NCBI GenBank assembly: GCA_039815375.1
Contig: JBCBZJ010000002.1
Coordinates: 96,001-160,000, forward strand
DNA: 64,000 bases
DNA from: Verrucomicrobiota bacterium
GTDB lineage: Bacteria > Verrucomicrobiota > Verrucomicrobiia > Opitutales > Coraliomargaritaceae
Direction of reading: 5' to 3'
Translations under genes and position numbers: made by a program
The notes under the pieces: model-generated
Told to the model about the DNA's origin: nothing
Databases searched by the model: none
What the model saw: the letters and a program-made list of their open reading frames with translations, nothing else
In this document: positions 63,028 through 64,000 of the stretch, piece by piece
Position numbering within the stretch: the stretch's first letter is position 1
How the letters are laid out: each line of letters begins with the position of its first letter

Positions 63028-64000
63028 TCGAATCTCTCCTCAGTAACGAGAAGGCAGAACTGACTCATAACACTAAAAAAGGCTCTCCTGTTGTTCTCAG
63101 CACACGTTTGCGTCTGGCCCGGAACGTAGCAGGCACACCTTTTCCCGAGCGTGCCACTTCGGCACAGAGAAGTGACGTTTTGACCAAGTGCGCCGAGCAG
63201 TTGGCAGAGCTCGGACCGATGAAACGGGGTTCTTTTTTCGAGATTTCTGATCTTTCTGATCTCGAGAAACAAGTCCTCGTCGAGCGCCACCTTATAAGCC
63301 GTGAATTGTGTGAATCCAATCAGGGTTCAGGTGTTTTCATCAACAAGGACCAAACGTGCTCGGTCATGATCAATGAGGAAGATCACCTGCGCATCCAGTT
63401 TCTCAAATCCGGGTTTCACTTGAAAAACGTCTGGAAGCAGATCGATCATTTTGACAGCGACCTCGAGGATAGCCTCAATGTGGCCTATAACTCGGAGTTC
63501 GGTTACCTGACTGCTTGCCCGACAAACCTAGGCACAGGTCTTCGGGCCTCGGTCATGATGCATCTGCCAGGACTCGTCATAGCAGAACAGATGGAAAAAG
63601 TAGTTCGTGCCGTGAACCAGCTTGGGATCACGGTTCGCGGGCTGTTTGGCGAGGGTTCTGATGCGACTGGCCACGTCTTCCAGATTTCGAACCAGCAGAC
63701 TCTGGGCGAAACCGAGACCGATATTATCGAACGCCTGGGTAATGTCCTGAAGACTGTAATCGATCACGAGGTAAACGCTCGTTTCAAGTGTCTTGAAGAC
63801 ATTCAGGCAAAACTACTCGACCAAATCGGCCGCGCCTACGGAGTGCTTCGCAATGCGCATGTGGTCAGTTCCAACGAGGCCATGAATTTACTGTCTTTGA
63901 TGCGTCTTGCCGTCGATTTTGAGATGCTGCCCGAGTCAAATCGTTCGGATGTGGACCGTTTTTTTATCGAGTGCCAACCTGGCCACATCCAACATGCTGC
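63024..64000 (+). CDS. mcsB: Protein-arginine kinase McsB (truncated by the window edge)
   Basis: Hand translation: VVLSTRLRLARN, LVERHLIS, MINEEDHLRIQ, GYLTACPTNLGTGLRASVMMHLPGL, QISNQQTLG. Confidence 0.93.
   Translation, partial: MIESLLSNEKAELTHNTKKGSPVVLSTRLRLARNVAGTPFPERATSAQRSDVLTKCAEQLAELGPMKRGSFFEISDLSDLEKQVLVERHLISRELCESNQGSGVFINKDQTCSVMINEEDHLRIQFLKSGFHLKNVWKQIDHFDSDLEDSLNVAYNSEFGYLTACPTNLGTGLRASVMMHLPGLVIAEQMEKVVRAVNQLGITVRGLFGEGSDATGHVFQISNQQTLGETETDIIERLGNVLKTVIDHEVNARFKCLEDIQAKLLDQIGRAYGVLRNAHVVSSNEAMNLLSLMRLAVDFEMLPESNRSDVDRFFIECQPGHIQHA

Overview
A gene-dense core-genome stretch of a bacterium, most likely a verrucomicrobium of the Opitutae/Puniceicoccaceae type. This assignment is inferred from the Minf_1886-like gene, the rpoZ-smpB-thrB and ilvE-mcsA-mcsB synteny and the DP-x-x-A-x-x-W repeat proteins. 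Housekeeping content: purL (partial), argCJBDF, rplM-rpsI, rpoZ, smpB, thrB, rpmG, ispA, hflX, pxpBCA, menD, hisF, acs, ilvE, mcsA-mcsB (partial), xylAB and kdgK-eda. Accessory or unusual content: (1) a cyanate-utilisation island at ~6.5-14 kb with a cytochrome b562-like lipoprotein, a LysR regulator, a cytoplasmic NasS-like sensor, an ABC transporter, cynS, tatA and DUF1348; (2) integrase-less relics of integron gene cassettes at ~26.0-27.2 kb; (3) a stand-alone tandem-AP2-domain gene preceded by a perfect (GTGCAC)x2 palindrome; (4) a nuclease-DinG/XPD helicase fusion; (5) three tandem, apparently mosaic paralogues of a ~645 aa membrane-anchored helical-repeat protein. No rRNA, tRNA, CRISPR array or transposase was recognised. 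All calls come from motif recognition by eye; no database searches were run.
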